Positions 54,232 to 64,000 of a stretch of 64,000 nt of DNA are shown here, piece after piece. Within the stretch, counting starts at the first letter, position 1, and every line of letters starts with the position of its first letter. The stretch lies in IMG/VR virus record IMGVR_UViG_3300044940_000489, positions 32,001 through 96,000 of that record; one strand, written 5' to 3'. The translations under genes and the position numbers were made by a program. The notes below the pieces were generated by a model. That model did no database searches. It saw only the letters and a list, made by a program, of their open reading frames with translations, and had not been told where the DNA came from. This DNA is from a virus.

Positions 54232-55685
54232 GTGATTTCCGTACGAGATACTGGCCCCACCTCTTTATAGTAGCCTTCGCGTACCATGGCGTGATTGCGT
54301 AGCTGGGGCACATCTTTAATAATAAAATCAACAATTTTGGCCTCAGTCTTGCCAGACGCGGCATGTATTCTGGTGCTGCGTCCGATGGGCCCCTGCTTTA
54401 CCTTGGTTCCTGCCCTATTACCTTGCCAATTAATAGTTAGCCTTACTGGAAGAAAATTGGTACCAGTCGAGACGGCGGAAGTCCCGACAACGCACATGAT
54501 CTTGCCTTTATTAAAGTCTTCGCAAATCTGAGTGACATCTGAATCTCCGGATGCATACTGATAAGCCGTGCGCATGTGCTTTTTTAAGAGATGTTCTTGG
54601 CTATGCTCATCTACAAGGATTAAAGTTGGCATTCCTGCATTTACAGCCTTTTCTGCCATATCGGATATAATTCTTGCTATAGTTTCATTATTATATAAAT
54701 GCACTTGATTCATCTTCACCATATTATTGCTGTTGTACTCTGGATTAGGTGAGCCGACCTCAATCATTAGAGTAGACAACTTTGCCAGGAATCCTTCTTC
54801 TTGAAGCTCCTGAATAGTTTTAAGATACACGCAAGGGCCGATAATGGCTTCTAAAAGCGTATTTTTGCCGTCATTTCTCTCTGGCGTTGCAGTTGTAAAC
54901 CATCTGTAAGGAACTTTAGAGAGCAGGTCATGGCATACTTTTTCAAAAGTATTGGCCGGTGTCAGGTGGCATTCGTCGAATATCATGGCATCAAAATTAG
55001 AGATATACTTAAATGACTCACTATTCTCTGTGACTCTAACCAGAGACTGTGCCGTTGCTACGACAATTTTTTTGTCGTACTGCTTTTTACTTCCACCGTA
55101 CATGCCAACATTTTTCTTTCCAAATGCCCTTATAAGGTCTTCGTGTAGCTGATCGCATATAGAACTTGATGGAGCGATAACTATTGTCTTAAGTCCCAAT
55201 CTTTTGACCAAATTAGTTATAACGATACTTTTGCCCGAACCAGTCGGAAGGCTTACGTGCGAATGCGGATTTTCTAGCAATCGCTCAACCGCAGCCTCCT
55301 GATAATAATACATAGAATATTTTGGAACTTCGTTCCATGGTATTAGTTTAGGCTGTGGGTATACGACATTATTTTCAACTTGGCAGTCAAAACTTGCTTT
55401 AAGTCTATTCGCCAATCCAGGATATGTCCATAGCCCGTACTCGTCTTCAAATAGAACCGTTTTAACGAGCTGCTTATTAAGATTGGATAACTGATTTTCT
55501 ACCCACTCATTGCCATATCTTTGACGCAAATAAAAATTTTTTTTGAGATTTTTAATTTGCATCTCAACAGTTTTGTCTTTAAAAGACAGCATTTTTCTTA
55601 AAGAGTCTACCTGGGACTGTGAATCCACATATATTCTCATTTTTATGGGCGTCTCTATAATAATTTTCACCCTGTGGATCTCCAA
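54228..55685 (-). CDS. superfamily 2 DNA helicase (UvsW-like)
   Basis: YYQ Q-motif, LPTGSGKS, DECH, TATPER and QGPIGRSTR. Confidence 0.9.
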   Translation of the reverse strand: MEIHRVKIIIETPIKMRIYVDSQSQVDSLRKMLSFKDKTVEMQIKNLKKNFYLRQRYGNEWVENQLSNLNKQLVKTVLFEDEYGLWTYPGLANRLKASFDCQVENNVVYPQPKLIPWNEVPKYSMYYYQEAAVERLLENPHSHVSLPTGSGKSIVITNLVKRLGLKTIVIAPSSSICDQLHEDLIRAFGKKNVGMYGGSKKQYDKKIVVATAQSLVRVTENSESFKYISNFDAMIFDECHLTPANTFEKVCHDLLSKVPYRWFTTATPERNDGKNTLLEAIIGPCVYLKTIQELQEEGFLAKLSTLMIEVGSPNPEYNSNNMVKMNQVHLYNNETIARIISDMAEKAVNAGMPTLILVDEHSQEHLLKKHMRTAYQYASGDSDVTQICEDFNKGKIMCVVGTSAVSTGTNFLPVRLTINWQGNRAGTKVKQGPIGRSTRIHAASGKTEAKIVDFIIKDVPQLRNHAMVREGYYKEVGPVSRTEIT

Positions 55686-57052
55686 TAAGGTAAGTTTTTA
55701 TATCTCTTAACTTCAGAAAAATTCTTTAAAAAGCTATTAAGCTGCTGCTTATATTTATTACGATTATATCTAATTTCTAGTATTGACTCAAATTTTTTCT
55801 GCTTTGTAGAGTAATGTGTATTGTATGCAAAATATAATTCTCTGGGATTTTCTACTAGGGAAGATTCAGCAGCATGGGCTTCTGCTCGCTTAAATAAATA
55901 CTCAGCGGCAAAATCAAACGCCATGGCAATTTTATTTTTAGTTTCAGAGTTTTTAGCCGCCATAAATACTTTTTCAATATTATTGAATGTTATTCGGCGC
56001 TTAGGCTTGTAAATCGCTTTGCTGCTTGCCACTCTTATTTGGTATGTCCTAGACCTAACTCCTGGGCAAAATGTCGCATCTGTGCATATACGCCACTTTA
56101 ATTTAACTGCCGCATCAGACAGCATCTTATACCCTGTATGGAACCATTTCTTTTCTAGTGCTGCGTTTATCTCTACTGGACGTTTAACGCGATTTTGAAT
56201 AGTAGACATTAAAGCCAGATATTTTAAGTACCTCAAACAACTTTTAACTGTAATCCTGTACTTAGCTAGCTGTTCAGAAAAATCCTCCGGAAAATAGCCA
56301 TTTTTTTTAATAATTTTAAATTTTAATATTTTTTCACATTCATTATAAAGCCTTTCTGCAGCTGACCTGAACGCCTTTTCGTCTTTAAAATACCTTAGAA
56401 AGACTCCTGCGTTATTGGCATTGCAGTATCTCAGAACTTCCTCTACTGTCAATTTTTTAGCCATTTTTATGGCTGTATCCTGATTTTTAATAAAATATTC
56501 AAAATGAGTTCTTTTTCCTAAAATGCCTTTTACAAGCTTCGGCTTAGATAGCATATATTCGATTTTAGGTACAAAGTATTTAAAAAACGAATCTCGATTA
56601 AATACTTTAAAATATTTAGGAAATCCAGATTTTGAAAGATCAACTTGAGCCTCTACCAGTTTATCTCTTAGTACTCTAAATAAAGCATATAGGGCCATTG
56701 TATTAATATTAATTTTATTGTCTTTAAACTCAAAAATCTCAGAATTAGATCTATTTAAATCTATTAGATTTCTATTCATTTCCCCCGTAAACCAATAATG
56801 AAGGGCGTAAGACTTCTTGCTATGAAAAAATGGCCTAATAAGTTCTCCATGCTTTAAAGAGCTGTAGTACCCTTTAAAAAAGAAATCAAATAACTTTTTT
56901 TCATATATTAAAGAATCCCTTCCATCTGAATCAGTTTTAAACATAGGGTGATGCATTTGAGCAAAAATAGCCAAATGAGCATTATTAAGATCTTCTTTAA
57001 AAGAACTTAAAGAATATGAAAGTAGGTATTCTTCTAATTGCATTCCCCTCAA
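55667..57052 (-). CDS. hypothetical basic protein (possible replication-associated DNA-binding protein)
   Basis: 461 aa, K/F-rich, AT-rich coding; no recognisable motif. Confidence 0.6.
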   Translation of the reverse strand: MRGMQLEEYLLSYSLSSFKEDLNNAHLAIFAQMHHPMFKTDSDGRDSLIYEKKLFDFFFKGYYSSLKHGELIRPFFHSKKSYALHYWFTGEMNRNLIDLNRSNSEIFEFKDNKININTMALYALFRVLRDKLVEAQVDLSKSGFPKYFKVFNRDSFFKYFVPKIEYMLSKPKLVKGILGKRTHFEYFIKNQDTAIKMAKKLTVEEVLRYCNANNAGVFLRYFKDEKAFRSAAERLYNECEKILKFKIIKKNGYFPEDFSEQLAKYRITVKSCLRYLKYLALMSTIQNRVKRPVEINAALEKKWFHTGYKMLSDAAVKLKWRICTDATFCPGVRSRTYQIRVASSKAIYKPKRRITFNNIEKVFMAAKNSETKNKIAMAFDFAAEYLFKRAEAHAAESSLVENPRELYFAYNTHYSTKQKKFESILEIRYNRNKYKQQLNSFLKNFSEVKRYKNLPYWRSTG

Positions 57053-57067
57053 ACCACCCCTCCTTTA

Positions 57068-57094
57068 CCTCATAGAGGTATCCTTTCTATGAGG
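57068..57094. repeat. inverted repeat in the divergent intergenic region
   Basis: CCTCATAGA-N9-TCTATGAGG next to the RBS of ORF 57052. Confidence 0.7.
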
Positions 57095-57233
57095 ATGGTG
57101 CATTTTTACGCTTAAACACAGTATTAACATAAATGATTACCCAGTCAACCATAACAGTTAATTTTTTGTTGATTAGATCTTAAAAAATGGTAATATAAAC
57201 ATAACGATAGACTTATAAGGAGATTTATACTAC

Positions 57234-59996
57234 ATGAAAGAATTTGCTAAATCAAAAACCGCAAGCAAAACAATAACTTCTGATTCAAATAAGATTCAGA
57301 AGGTAGTATTAGAGACCCTTCATCAGGCTAGTCAGCTCGTAGGCTCAACCTTGGGTCCTAACGGCAAAATCGTTTTAATTGAGCGTCAAGAAAATATTGG
57401 GCCATATGTTACCAAAGACGGTATTACAGTTTTTAATTCCATGGCTTTTGCAGATCCCACGAAACAGGCAATTCTAGAAGCAGCTAGGGATAGTTCTTCA
57501 AAAACTAATGTGGAGGCAGGTGATGGACCACAGCCATTATATAGTAAAGTTTTGACTCCAAGCGGCTTTGTCCAAATGAAGGACGTATCCGTTGGCATGA
57601 AAATTAGCGGAACAAACGGAACTACTCAGACCGTTTTGGGGGTATATCCAAAAGGCCTAAAAGAAATATACGAAGTTGAATTTGAGAATAAGGGCGTAGT
57701 CGAGTGCTGTGAAGATCATATTTGGTCGGTATCGTATAATAAAAATAATAAAAATAAGACAACCAAAGAACTTTACAGGGATTATGTAAAAACAAGTGGC
57801 GGATATAAGAAATATAAGTATTTCGTGCCACGAACTGTAGTTGAATTTAAGAGCAGCGAGACAGCAATGCCACTGGACCCATACCTAGTAGGACTATTGA
57901 TTGGGGGCGTGACGGTAAGGGATTCTGGAAGCTTTGAGCTATTTTTAGGCGCTGACAAAAAACATATTATTGAAAAATTAGTTGTTCCAGCAGGTATTAC
58001 TAAGTCTGTTCAATTTATTAAAGACGAAAATTATTATAGAGTGCAGCTTGCAGGAACTGACAAGCACAATCGCTCTATTCAGCATATTTTGAAGCAAATA
58101 GGGCTCAAAAATGCCCCCAGCAGCACAAAGCATATACCACAAGCTTATTTATACAGCTCAATGACTGCTAGAAAACAATTGCTACAGGGCCTTATAGATT
58201 CTGACGGGTACATCAATAAGAAAGGCATGTTTGAGTTTAATACTACATCAGAACAATTCGCACATGATGTCAAGCAGCTTTGCAGCAGCTTGGGCCTTAC
58301 TACGCTTATTAGCAGGAAAAACCGCTCTAAAGTTAATCCTGATACTACGAGCATTCGCATTGCTCAATTGAAAGGCCATAAATTAGGAGACAAGATTATT
58401 CGCATCACTCCAACCGGACGCTTTACGGAAATGCAATGCATCAAGGTAAGCAATCCGGACAGCCTGTACATAACTGATAACTATGTCGTCACTCACAATA
58501 CTACTTCCGCTACAATTTTGGCAGAAGCCCTTATTAGGCTTGGATTGAACTATCTGCGCGAAAATCCTAGGGTTTCCACTCAAAAGGTAATGAGAGAGCT
58601 TGAGCAGGCGTATAATGAGTTTGTTGTGCCATTTATCCAAGACAACGCCATTAAGATTACCACTGAAAACGACGAGGACCTTTTAAAGAAGGTAGCCCTT
58701 GTAGCCACTAACTACGACCAAGAAATGTCAGAAGCAGTAATTCAGGGATTTGGCGAAGTTGGGCACAGCGGGAATATTACTATCGCAGAGGCTCCCGGAG
58801 TTAGTGGTTTTGAAGTTGAAAAGGTAGAGGGCTTCCACATTGCAAAGGGATTTGAAGAGACTTGCGGTCGTTTTATTGAAGAGTTTATTAACGACAAGGG
58901 CAATTACAGAACCCTGCTCGAGCGCCCCAAGTTCTTGCTTTATAATGGTAAAATTAACGATATTAGCCAAATCATGAAAGTTCTTGAGATTTTTGGCGAT
59001 GCGTCAGATAGCGTTAAGTACGGAAAGAACGCCATTAGCCCCAACTTAGTTGTCGTAGCGCATCACTTCTCTGAGTCTGTCCTGGCTATTCTGGCAGCTA
59101 ATTTTAGAAACCCCACTTCAATAAACGTATTGCCTCTGAAGACTCCAATGACGATTCAGGCTAATAGCCCATATCATTTCTTGCTAGATCTGGCAGCTTT
59201 TGCCGGAGCCACAGTTTTTGACCCGCTTTCTAGACCGCTAGAAACAGTGGAAATTGCCGATCTTGGCCTCGATACTATGCAGCTATTCGAGTTTGGTCGA
59301 TTTAAGAGTACTGTAATAGGTCGCCCAGAAGAGATGTTTTTAATGCCACGAGTTGAGGAGCTGCAGCATCAGCACAGAAACGCCGAAAGCAGTATGGACG
59401 CAGAGCTTCTTAATGAGCGAATTGCCATCCTTACGGGCGGGATTGCACGAATTAAAGTACTGGGAAGCTCCGAAGCCGAGCTTAAGGAAAAGCGCCACAG
59501 GGTGGAAGATGCTGTTGCGTCTATTAAGGGTGCCATTAAATACGGAGTTCTTCCAGGATGCGCAAAGACCATGCTTACGCTGTCCAAATTGATTAGCGCC
59601 AATGAAGATCTGCCTCGCTCAGTCAGGCACATTATGGGCAAGGCTTTTGCTGAGCCATTCCGTCGTATTTTGGATAACGGAGGCTATCACGCAGATGAGA
59701 TTAAAGAAGTGGCGCAAAAGATTACATCGCAAAACTTCTATTATACCTACGACGCTCTAAATCAGAAGTTTGGCGATGCCATTGAGCTTGGAATCTTGGA
59801 TTCGGCAGCAGCAGTTAATATGGCCATCAAAAATAGCTTGTCTGTGTCTAAAATGCTAATGGGACTAAGCGGAGTCGTTGTCTTTACTAGGGATGCAGAG
59901 CTTGAGCGCCAAGAAGCCAGGGACTACTATTCTGAACAAAGAGCTATGAAGGAAGCAATTGAAAATCAAGAACGAGACATGTGGCAGCCAGATTAG
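57234..59996 (+). CDS. groEL: chaperonin GroEL, intein-interrupted
   Basis: TLGPNG, TKDGITV, AGDG|TTSAT, RVEDAV and GILDS motifs; spliced product 596 aa. Confidence 0.93.
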   Translation: MKEFAKSKTASKTITSDSNKIQKVVLETLHQASQLVGSTLGPNGKIVLIERQENIGPYVTKDGITVFNSMAFADPTKQAILEAARDSSSKTNVEAGDGPQPLYSKVLTPSGFVQMKDVSVGMKISGTNGTTQTVLGVYPKGLKEIYEVEFENKGVVECCEDHIWSVSYNKNNKNKTTKELYRDYVKTSGGYKKYKYFVPRTVVEFKSSETAMPLDPYLVGLLIGGVTVRDSGSFELFLGADKKHIIEKLVVPAGITKSVQFIKDENYYRVQLAGTDKHNRSIQHILKQIGLKNAPSSTKHIPQAYLYSSMTARKQLLQGLIDSDGYINKKGMFEFNTTSEQFAHDVKQLCSSLGLTTLISRKNRSKVNPDTTSIRIAQLKGHKLGDKIIRITPTGRFTEMQCIKVSNPDSLYITDNYVVTHNTTSATILAEALIRLGLNYLRENPRVSTQKVMRELEQAYNEFVVPFIQDNAIKITTENDEDLLKKVALVATNYDQEMSEAVIQGFGEVGHSGNITIAEAPGVSGFEVEKVEGFHIAKGFEETCGRFIEEFINDKGNYRTLLERPKFLLYNGKINDISQIMKVLEIFGDASDSVKYGKNAISPNLVVVAHHFSESVLAILAANFRNPTSINVLPLKTPMTIQANSPYHFLLDLAAFAGATVFDPLSRPLETVEIADLGLDTMQLFEFGRFKSTVIGRPEEMFLMPRVEELQHQHRNAESSMDAELLNERIAILTGGIARIKVLGSSEAELKEKRHRVEDAVASIKGAIKYGVLPGCAKTMLTLSKLISANEDLPRSVRHIMGKAFAEPFRRILDNGGYHADEIKEVAQKITSQNFYYTYDALNQKFGDAIELGILDSAAAVNMAIKNSLSVSKMLMGLSGVVVFTRDAELERQEARDYYSEQRAMKEAIENQERDMWQPD
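57528..58499 (+). mobile_element. class 3 intein (324 aa, Pro1) with a LAGLIDADG endonuclease
   Basis: Starts PQPLYS; WCT signature (EDHIW, MQCIKV, VVTHN|T); LLQGLIDSDG motif present, first motif degenerate (LVGLLIGGV). Confidence 0.88.
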
Positions 59997-60019
59997 AAAC
60001 TTTTTAATAGGGGATAGCT

Positions 60020-60307
60020 ATGCTTATTAAATATAAATGCAATCTTTGCGATAATGAAATTCAAAAGTATTTTCATAAAACTGATAAGCAGGCCAATTTT
60101 CTTAATTGCCAATGTGGTGGCGTTCTTGAGCGCCAAGTTCCAGATTTTGGAACAACTAGCCTAGAATACGTTGACAATGGAGTGTCTGCAAAAAGGGTGG
60201 AGCTAAGAAAAGATGCCGTGCTACGCGCAAAAGAGCGTGGCGATAAATATATTGAGGCTAAGGCTAATGCTGCTACAGTTTTAGGCAAAAAAGAAGGCCA
60301 AGACTGA
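60020..60307 (+). CDS. FmdB-like zinc-ribbon protein
   Basis: YKCNLC...CQCGGVLER. Confidence 0.65.
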   Translation: MLIKYKCNLCDNEIQKYFHKTDKQANFLNCQCGGVLERQVPDFGTTSLEYVDNGVSAKRVELRKDAVLRAKERGDKYIEAKANAATVLGKKEGQD

Positions 60308-62484
60308 TGCGCATTGCACTAAAAAAAATAAACATATCTGGATTCCTGGATATAGATCAGGATCAAGAGTACATCTTTGAGCAGAGCGGCATGGTTGGAA
60401 TATTTGGAAAAAACTGCGACACCGGCTCATCTAATGGAGCCGGAAAAACGTCATTTATTACAGCCATACCTGCGGCAATATATGGAACAGCCTATATACC
60501 GTATTCAGTTAAAGATCTCAAAAATCGCTATTTAGATATTAGTCCAAGAATCCTGCTCGAAATGGAAATAGATGGGGAGCCTTTTATTATTGACCGAACC
60601 TTTGGTGGAGCAGTCAAGATTAAAAAGGGCAGCTCTGACTGGGAGAGCGGAACGGCCAAAGACATGCAAGAGCGCATTAACAAAGCAATTGGACTAACGC
60701 CAGACCAGTTACTGGCCCTGACCCTTAGGTCACAGGGCAATTTTGGCGGCTTCTTGCTTATGAAAGATTCTGAAAAGAAAGATTTCTTGTCTGGTTTTTT
60801 TGAGCTGGATCTATTAGAAAAAGCGCACGAGGAAGTGCAGCGCCAGCTAAAGTCTGCTATGCCAGTACTGGATTCAATAAATAAAGATTTAATTTGGGAA
60901 AATAGCCAACTAGATGCTTGCTCTAAGCAAGTGGATGCCCTGCTCAGCGAAGTCAAATCCCTTAGCAATCTAGACAAAAAGAACTGGATTAATAATATTT
61001 TAAGTCAAATCCACAAAAATAATATTTCTGTAAAAGAGCTAAAACTAAAGCTGAACTCAGTACAGGACTCCCCTGAGATACGAGAAATATTACTGGCATG
61101 CGAGGATATCGTCAGGCAAATAAATGAAAAGCAATCTGAGATATCGTCACTAAAGCAGCAGCTTACTCCAGAAAGCGACACGCCAGCGCCCATCCCGGAA
61201 AATCTGTCATCGGCGTTGCATCGAAAGAGTACTGAGCTAGATGAAGCAAAGCAGCGCTTGCATCAAAAGCTTAAAATATCAGAATTATTACAGTCACAGA
61301 AGAGATCTGTTGCGGTCATGTCTGAAAAAAAAGCTTCCGCTTCCTCTGAATTGTTGGCAGCCCAAAAGCAGCTGGAGAGCCTTAGGCATCAGCAGAAATG
61401 TTATACTTGCCATCAGCCCCTGCCGGAATCATTATACGAGGACCAACTTGCTATTATTAACAGAAAAATTGATGAGTTAAATTCAATTATTGAGCAATTC
61501 GATCAGCAAATTGCTGGGGCAAACTTGTCAAAACTAGAGGCCGTCCTAGAGTCTTTTAGTGACGCAGAGAAAAATATCCAGTCTATTCAGGACGAGCTTG
61601 CGATGATAAACGCAGAAATAATTTCATTTCAAAAAAATTCTTTAAATACTCTTGCAAAAATATCAAATGATTCTATTAAATCTAGAATATTGGGTGCACA
61701 GCAAGTAATAGCGTCTCTTGAAAGAACTCTCATTACTCAAAAAAACACCGCATCAGAATTAGCCCGTCAGGCAACAAGATCAATAGAATCAGATATTGCC
61801 AGGCTTGAGGGGGACACATCTTCGCTCCAAAAAGAATTAGAAAACCATCAAAAGTACCTTGCTCTAGTTAGAGAGCGCCTGGATTATGAACAAAAACGAT
61901 TAAACCTGAGTCAGGACAAGATCCGGGGACTGGCGGACAAGCATGCTTCCACAAGTGCCGAAATCGAGATTCTTCAGAAGACGGCTGAGGCACTGTCAAA
62001 GAACGGTTTTGTAGGATATTTATTTGATGGAATTCTTGCAGAGCTTAATTCCGGCACAAATCAGATTCTTAAAAGTATGCCGCTAGTGTCTAATTTTTCT
62101 TTGTATTTCTCGCCAGATAAAGTGTCTCAGTCAAGTGGTAATATCAGCAAGGTCATATCGTATCAAATCTACTCAGGAAATCATCCAGTAAACTTTGAAT
62201 CTTTATCAGGGGCCGAAAAGATATGCGTCGTAATGGCAGTAGATGAGGCACTGGACGACGTTTTGTCCAGGCGCCTGGGAGTAAAAACTGGATGGAAAAT
62301 CCTTGACGAGCAGCTTATGTACGTAGACGAGCAGAACAAATCTGCTATACTGGACTTCCTATCTAATAGGTATTCCGACCGCTCGATTTATATTGTGGAT
62401 CATGCATCTGAATTTAATGCGGCTTTAGAAAAAAGAGTATATATTATTAAAGAAAACGGCATAGCCAGCATAAGGTCAGCATGA
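60307..62484 (+). CDS. SbcC/Rad50-like (gp46-like) ATPase
   Basis: NGAGKT Walker A, SQG Q-loop, CYTC zinc hook, LSGAE signature, ILDE and VDH. Confidence 0.9.
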   Translation: MRIALKKINISGFLDIDQDQEYIFEQSGMVGIFGKNCDTGSSNGAGKTSFITAIPAAIYGTAYIPYSVKDLKNRYLDISPRILLEMEIDGEPFIIDRTFGGAVKIKKGSSDWESGTAKDMQERINKAIGLTPDQLLALTLRSQGNFGGFLLMKDSEKKDFLSGFFELDLLEKAHEEVQRQLKSAMPVLDSINKDLIWENSQLDACSKQVDALLSEVKSLSNLDKKNWINNILSQIHKNNISVKELKLKLNSVQDSPEIREILLACEDIVRQINEKQSEISSLKQQLTPESDTPAPIPENLSSALHRKSTELDEAKQRLHQKLKISELLQSQKRSVAVMSEKKASASSELLAAQKQLESLRHQQKCYTCHQPLPESLYEDQLAIINRKIDELNSIIEQFDQQIAGANLSKLEAVLESFSDAEKNIQSIQDELAMINAEIISFQKNSLNTLAKISNDSIKSRILGAQQVIASLERTLITQKNTASELARQATRSIESDIARLEGDTSSLQKELENHQKYLALVRERLDYEQKRLNLSQDKIRGLADKHASTSAEIEILQKTAEALSKNGFVGYLFDGILAELNSGTNQILKSMPLVSNFSLYFSPDKVSQSSGNISKVISYQIYSGNHPVNFESLSGAEKICVVMAVDEALDDVLSRRLGVKTGWKILDEQLMYVDEQNKSAILDFLSNRYSDRSIYIVDHASEFNAALEKRVYIIKENGIASIRSA

Positions 62485-62855
62485 CTAGCGAAATCGATAT
62501 TGTAACAGGTCTTTGGGACGGTATTACGGACGAAACGGAACTGTTTGTACCAATACAGGATGCCCCAAATAAAAAGAACGCAGTCCGAGCGTTTTATGGC
62601 GACATATATAAAAATATAATAAGGATACCGGCATTTCTAGACAAAGCAGAGTGCGATAGATTCTGCATAAAAATTAGCAGTGGTCCAAACAAAAAGCTAA
62701 AAACTTACAAAACTACGTATTTCCAGCTCTGTAATAGCATGGACAGAGTTAGCCGCCACTATTCGGAAAAGCATTTAGAGTGCTGGTTGACTGGAATGAC
62801 CATGATTGGTAAAGTTATCAGAGTGCAGCAGATATGGAGCGAATTTATACAATAA
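62481..62855 (+). CDS. hypothetical protein
   Basis: 124 aa; ATGA overlap. Confidence 0.65.
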   Translation: MTSEIDIVTGLWDGITDETELFVPIQDAPNKKNAVRAFYGDIYKNIIRIPAFLDKAECDRFCIKISSGPNKKLKTYKTTYFQLCNSMDRVSRHYSEKHLECWLTGMTMIGKVIRVQQIWSEFIQ

Positions 62856-62867
62856 AGGAGCGATAAA

Positions 62868-63155
62868 ATGCAAGATTCACCAACAGAGATGAAAATCAAA
62901 AAATTAGAGAAAAAGCTGGATGCAGACTTTATGCTGGAAGTTCAAAAGTCTGACCCCCAGTCCCTGAAAGACAAGGTACTGAAGTACAGTCGAGAAGTCC
63001 AAAATATTGAAGATTCTATGAAAGGCGACGCTAAGCTTCAGGCCCTTAAGGAGCAGGTGAAGGATTTGGCTGGCGGTTACCGAGATGCCATCAAGTTTAC
63101 AAAAGCAAGACTTGAGTATACCCTTGCCGTAATGAAGCTAAACGGAGTAGAGTAA
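62868..63155 (+). CDS. small helical hypothetical protein
   Basis: AAGGAG RBS; coiled-coil character. Confidence 0.65.
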   Translation: MQDSPTEMKIKKLEKKLDADFMLEVQKSDPQSLKDKVLKYSREVQNIEDSMKGDAKLQALKEQVKDLAGGYRDAIKFTKARLEYTLAVMKLNGVE

Positions 63156-63719
63156 TTGAGAGTTTTGTCATTCGACCCTGCGGGCGAAAAATTTGGAATA
63201 GCAGGAGTTCAGAAGACGGATGACAAGTTATCCGTCTTCTTTCATTACCTGCTGGCCGCACCAGATGATTTTAGCTCATCTCAAAAAGGCACATATATGG
63301 CTCATGCTGCCTCAGCTATAGTGGGCATTATTAAACCCGATTATATTGTATCTGAGAAGCCATGGGGGGTCGGATACAGCATGCAATCGCTTAAGGAGCT
63401 TATTGGAGCCCTTAAGGCAGAGATCTGGAATGACATTAAATGGCAGGGCGTCAGTGAGGCGCGTAGGGCCGTACTTGGCGAAGGTTGGGGCGGAGCAAAT
63501 AAGGCGGAAACGGCCATGTGGCTTTTGCAGTACCCTTGGGACATATCTTCTAAGCGGTTTATTAATGAGCAATTAAACGCAGCAAATGAAAATAATAAAG
63601 ATGGATTTGACATTTTAGATGCATTATTGCACGCCGTGTGCTATCTTATAATCGAGCACGGCCTGGTACCAGTGCACAAGCCCCAAAAGGCTTCCAAAAA
63701 GAAAAGGAGGGCTACATGA
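63156..63719 (+). CDS. RuvC-like Holliday junction resolvase
   Basis: VLSFDP, PDYIVSE, ANKAE and DILDAL motifs. Confidence 0.75.
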   Translation: MRVLSFDPAGEKFGIAGVQKTDDKLSVFFHYLLAAPDDFSSSQKGTYMAHAASAIVGIIKPDYIVSEKPWGVGYSMQSLKELIGALKAEIWNDIKWQGVSEARRAVLGEGWGGANKAETAMWLLQYPWDISSKRFINEQLNAANENNKDGFDILDALLHAVCYLIIEHGLVPVHKPQKASKKKRRAT

Positions 63720-64000
63720 GCGGAATATTTGATGAATCTGAATATGCCTCTCAAGCCGATTCAGTATTAGATGAAGTCCAATCATCGACTAATGGAGCGG
63801 CGGAAGAAAATGGCATCTTATCCGAGGCAATCGCCAGAATAGAAGAGGCCAATCTGTGGCGATCTTTGGTTTCACAAGAAGTATTCCCTCCCGGATCAGC
63901 TCGTGACGAGATTCGCAACAGGGCAAATGCGAAGCTTAAAATGATCGGGATGACTGAAATTTCTGAGCTTCTTGGAATGTCAAAAAAGTCCCCACAGGCT
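63716..64000 (+). CDS. hypothetical protein (partial, runs off the window)
   Basis: AGGAGG RBS and ATGA overlap; frame open to the window end (MSGIFDESEY...). Confidence 0.6.
   Translation, partial: MSGIFDESEYASQADSVLDEVQSSTNGAAEENGILSEAIARIEEANLWRSLVSQEVFPPGSARDEIRNRANAKLKMIGMTEISELLGMSKKSPQA

Noticed and set aside
1-64000. Stop-codon reassignment, tRNA or rRNA genes
   Set aside because: Standard-code ORFs tile the window densely with intact known proteins; no cloverleaf or rRNA-like sequence was recognised by eye

Overview
This 64 kb window is part of a large lytic myovirus (jumbo-type, Herelleviridae-like capsid). Most of the minus strand is the virion module: terminase, portal, an intein-split MuF head protein, prohead protease, scaffold, major capsid, neck proteins, tail sheath and tail tube. 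Around it are a phage sigma factor, GroES and an intein-split GroEL, SbcC/SbcD, an SF2 helicase, RuvC, thymidylate kinase, a CYTH enzyme and two Hef-like homing endonucleases. Five things stand out. (1) About 21 kb between the neck and tail genes encodes multi-domain proteins whose domains are separated by a recurring [LIVM]-x-K-[SAG] motif shared with capsid, scaffold and portal. The domains resemble ADP-ribosyltransferases, a lysozyme, a kinase, GNATs, a SAM lyase, an mCpol cyclase and a variable HEAT-like repeat, so this is a candidate set of protease-processed, virion-delivered effectors. (2) A new late-promoter motif (CAA-N4-TTA-N7-AACYTAAT) occurs 8 times, once in front of tnpB. (3) An intact TnpB has a second, 107/110-identical omega-RNA locus with a different guide. 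(4) Six translationally coupled QLxD-repeat mini-genes are spaced at exactly 12n+4 nt. (5) A small standalone ncRNA candidate follows that array. All assignments come from reading motifs by eye; no database searches were run.
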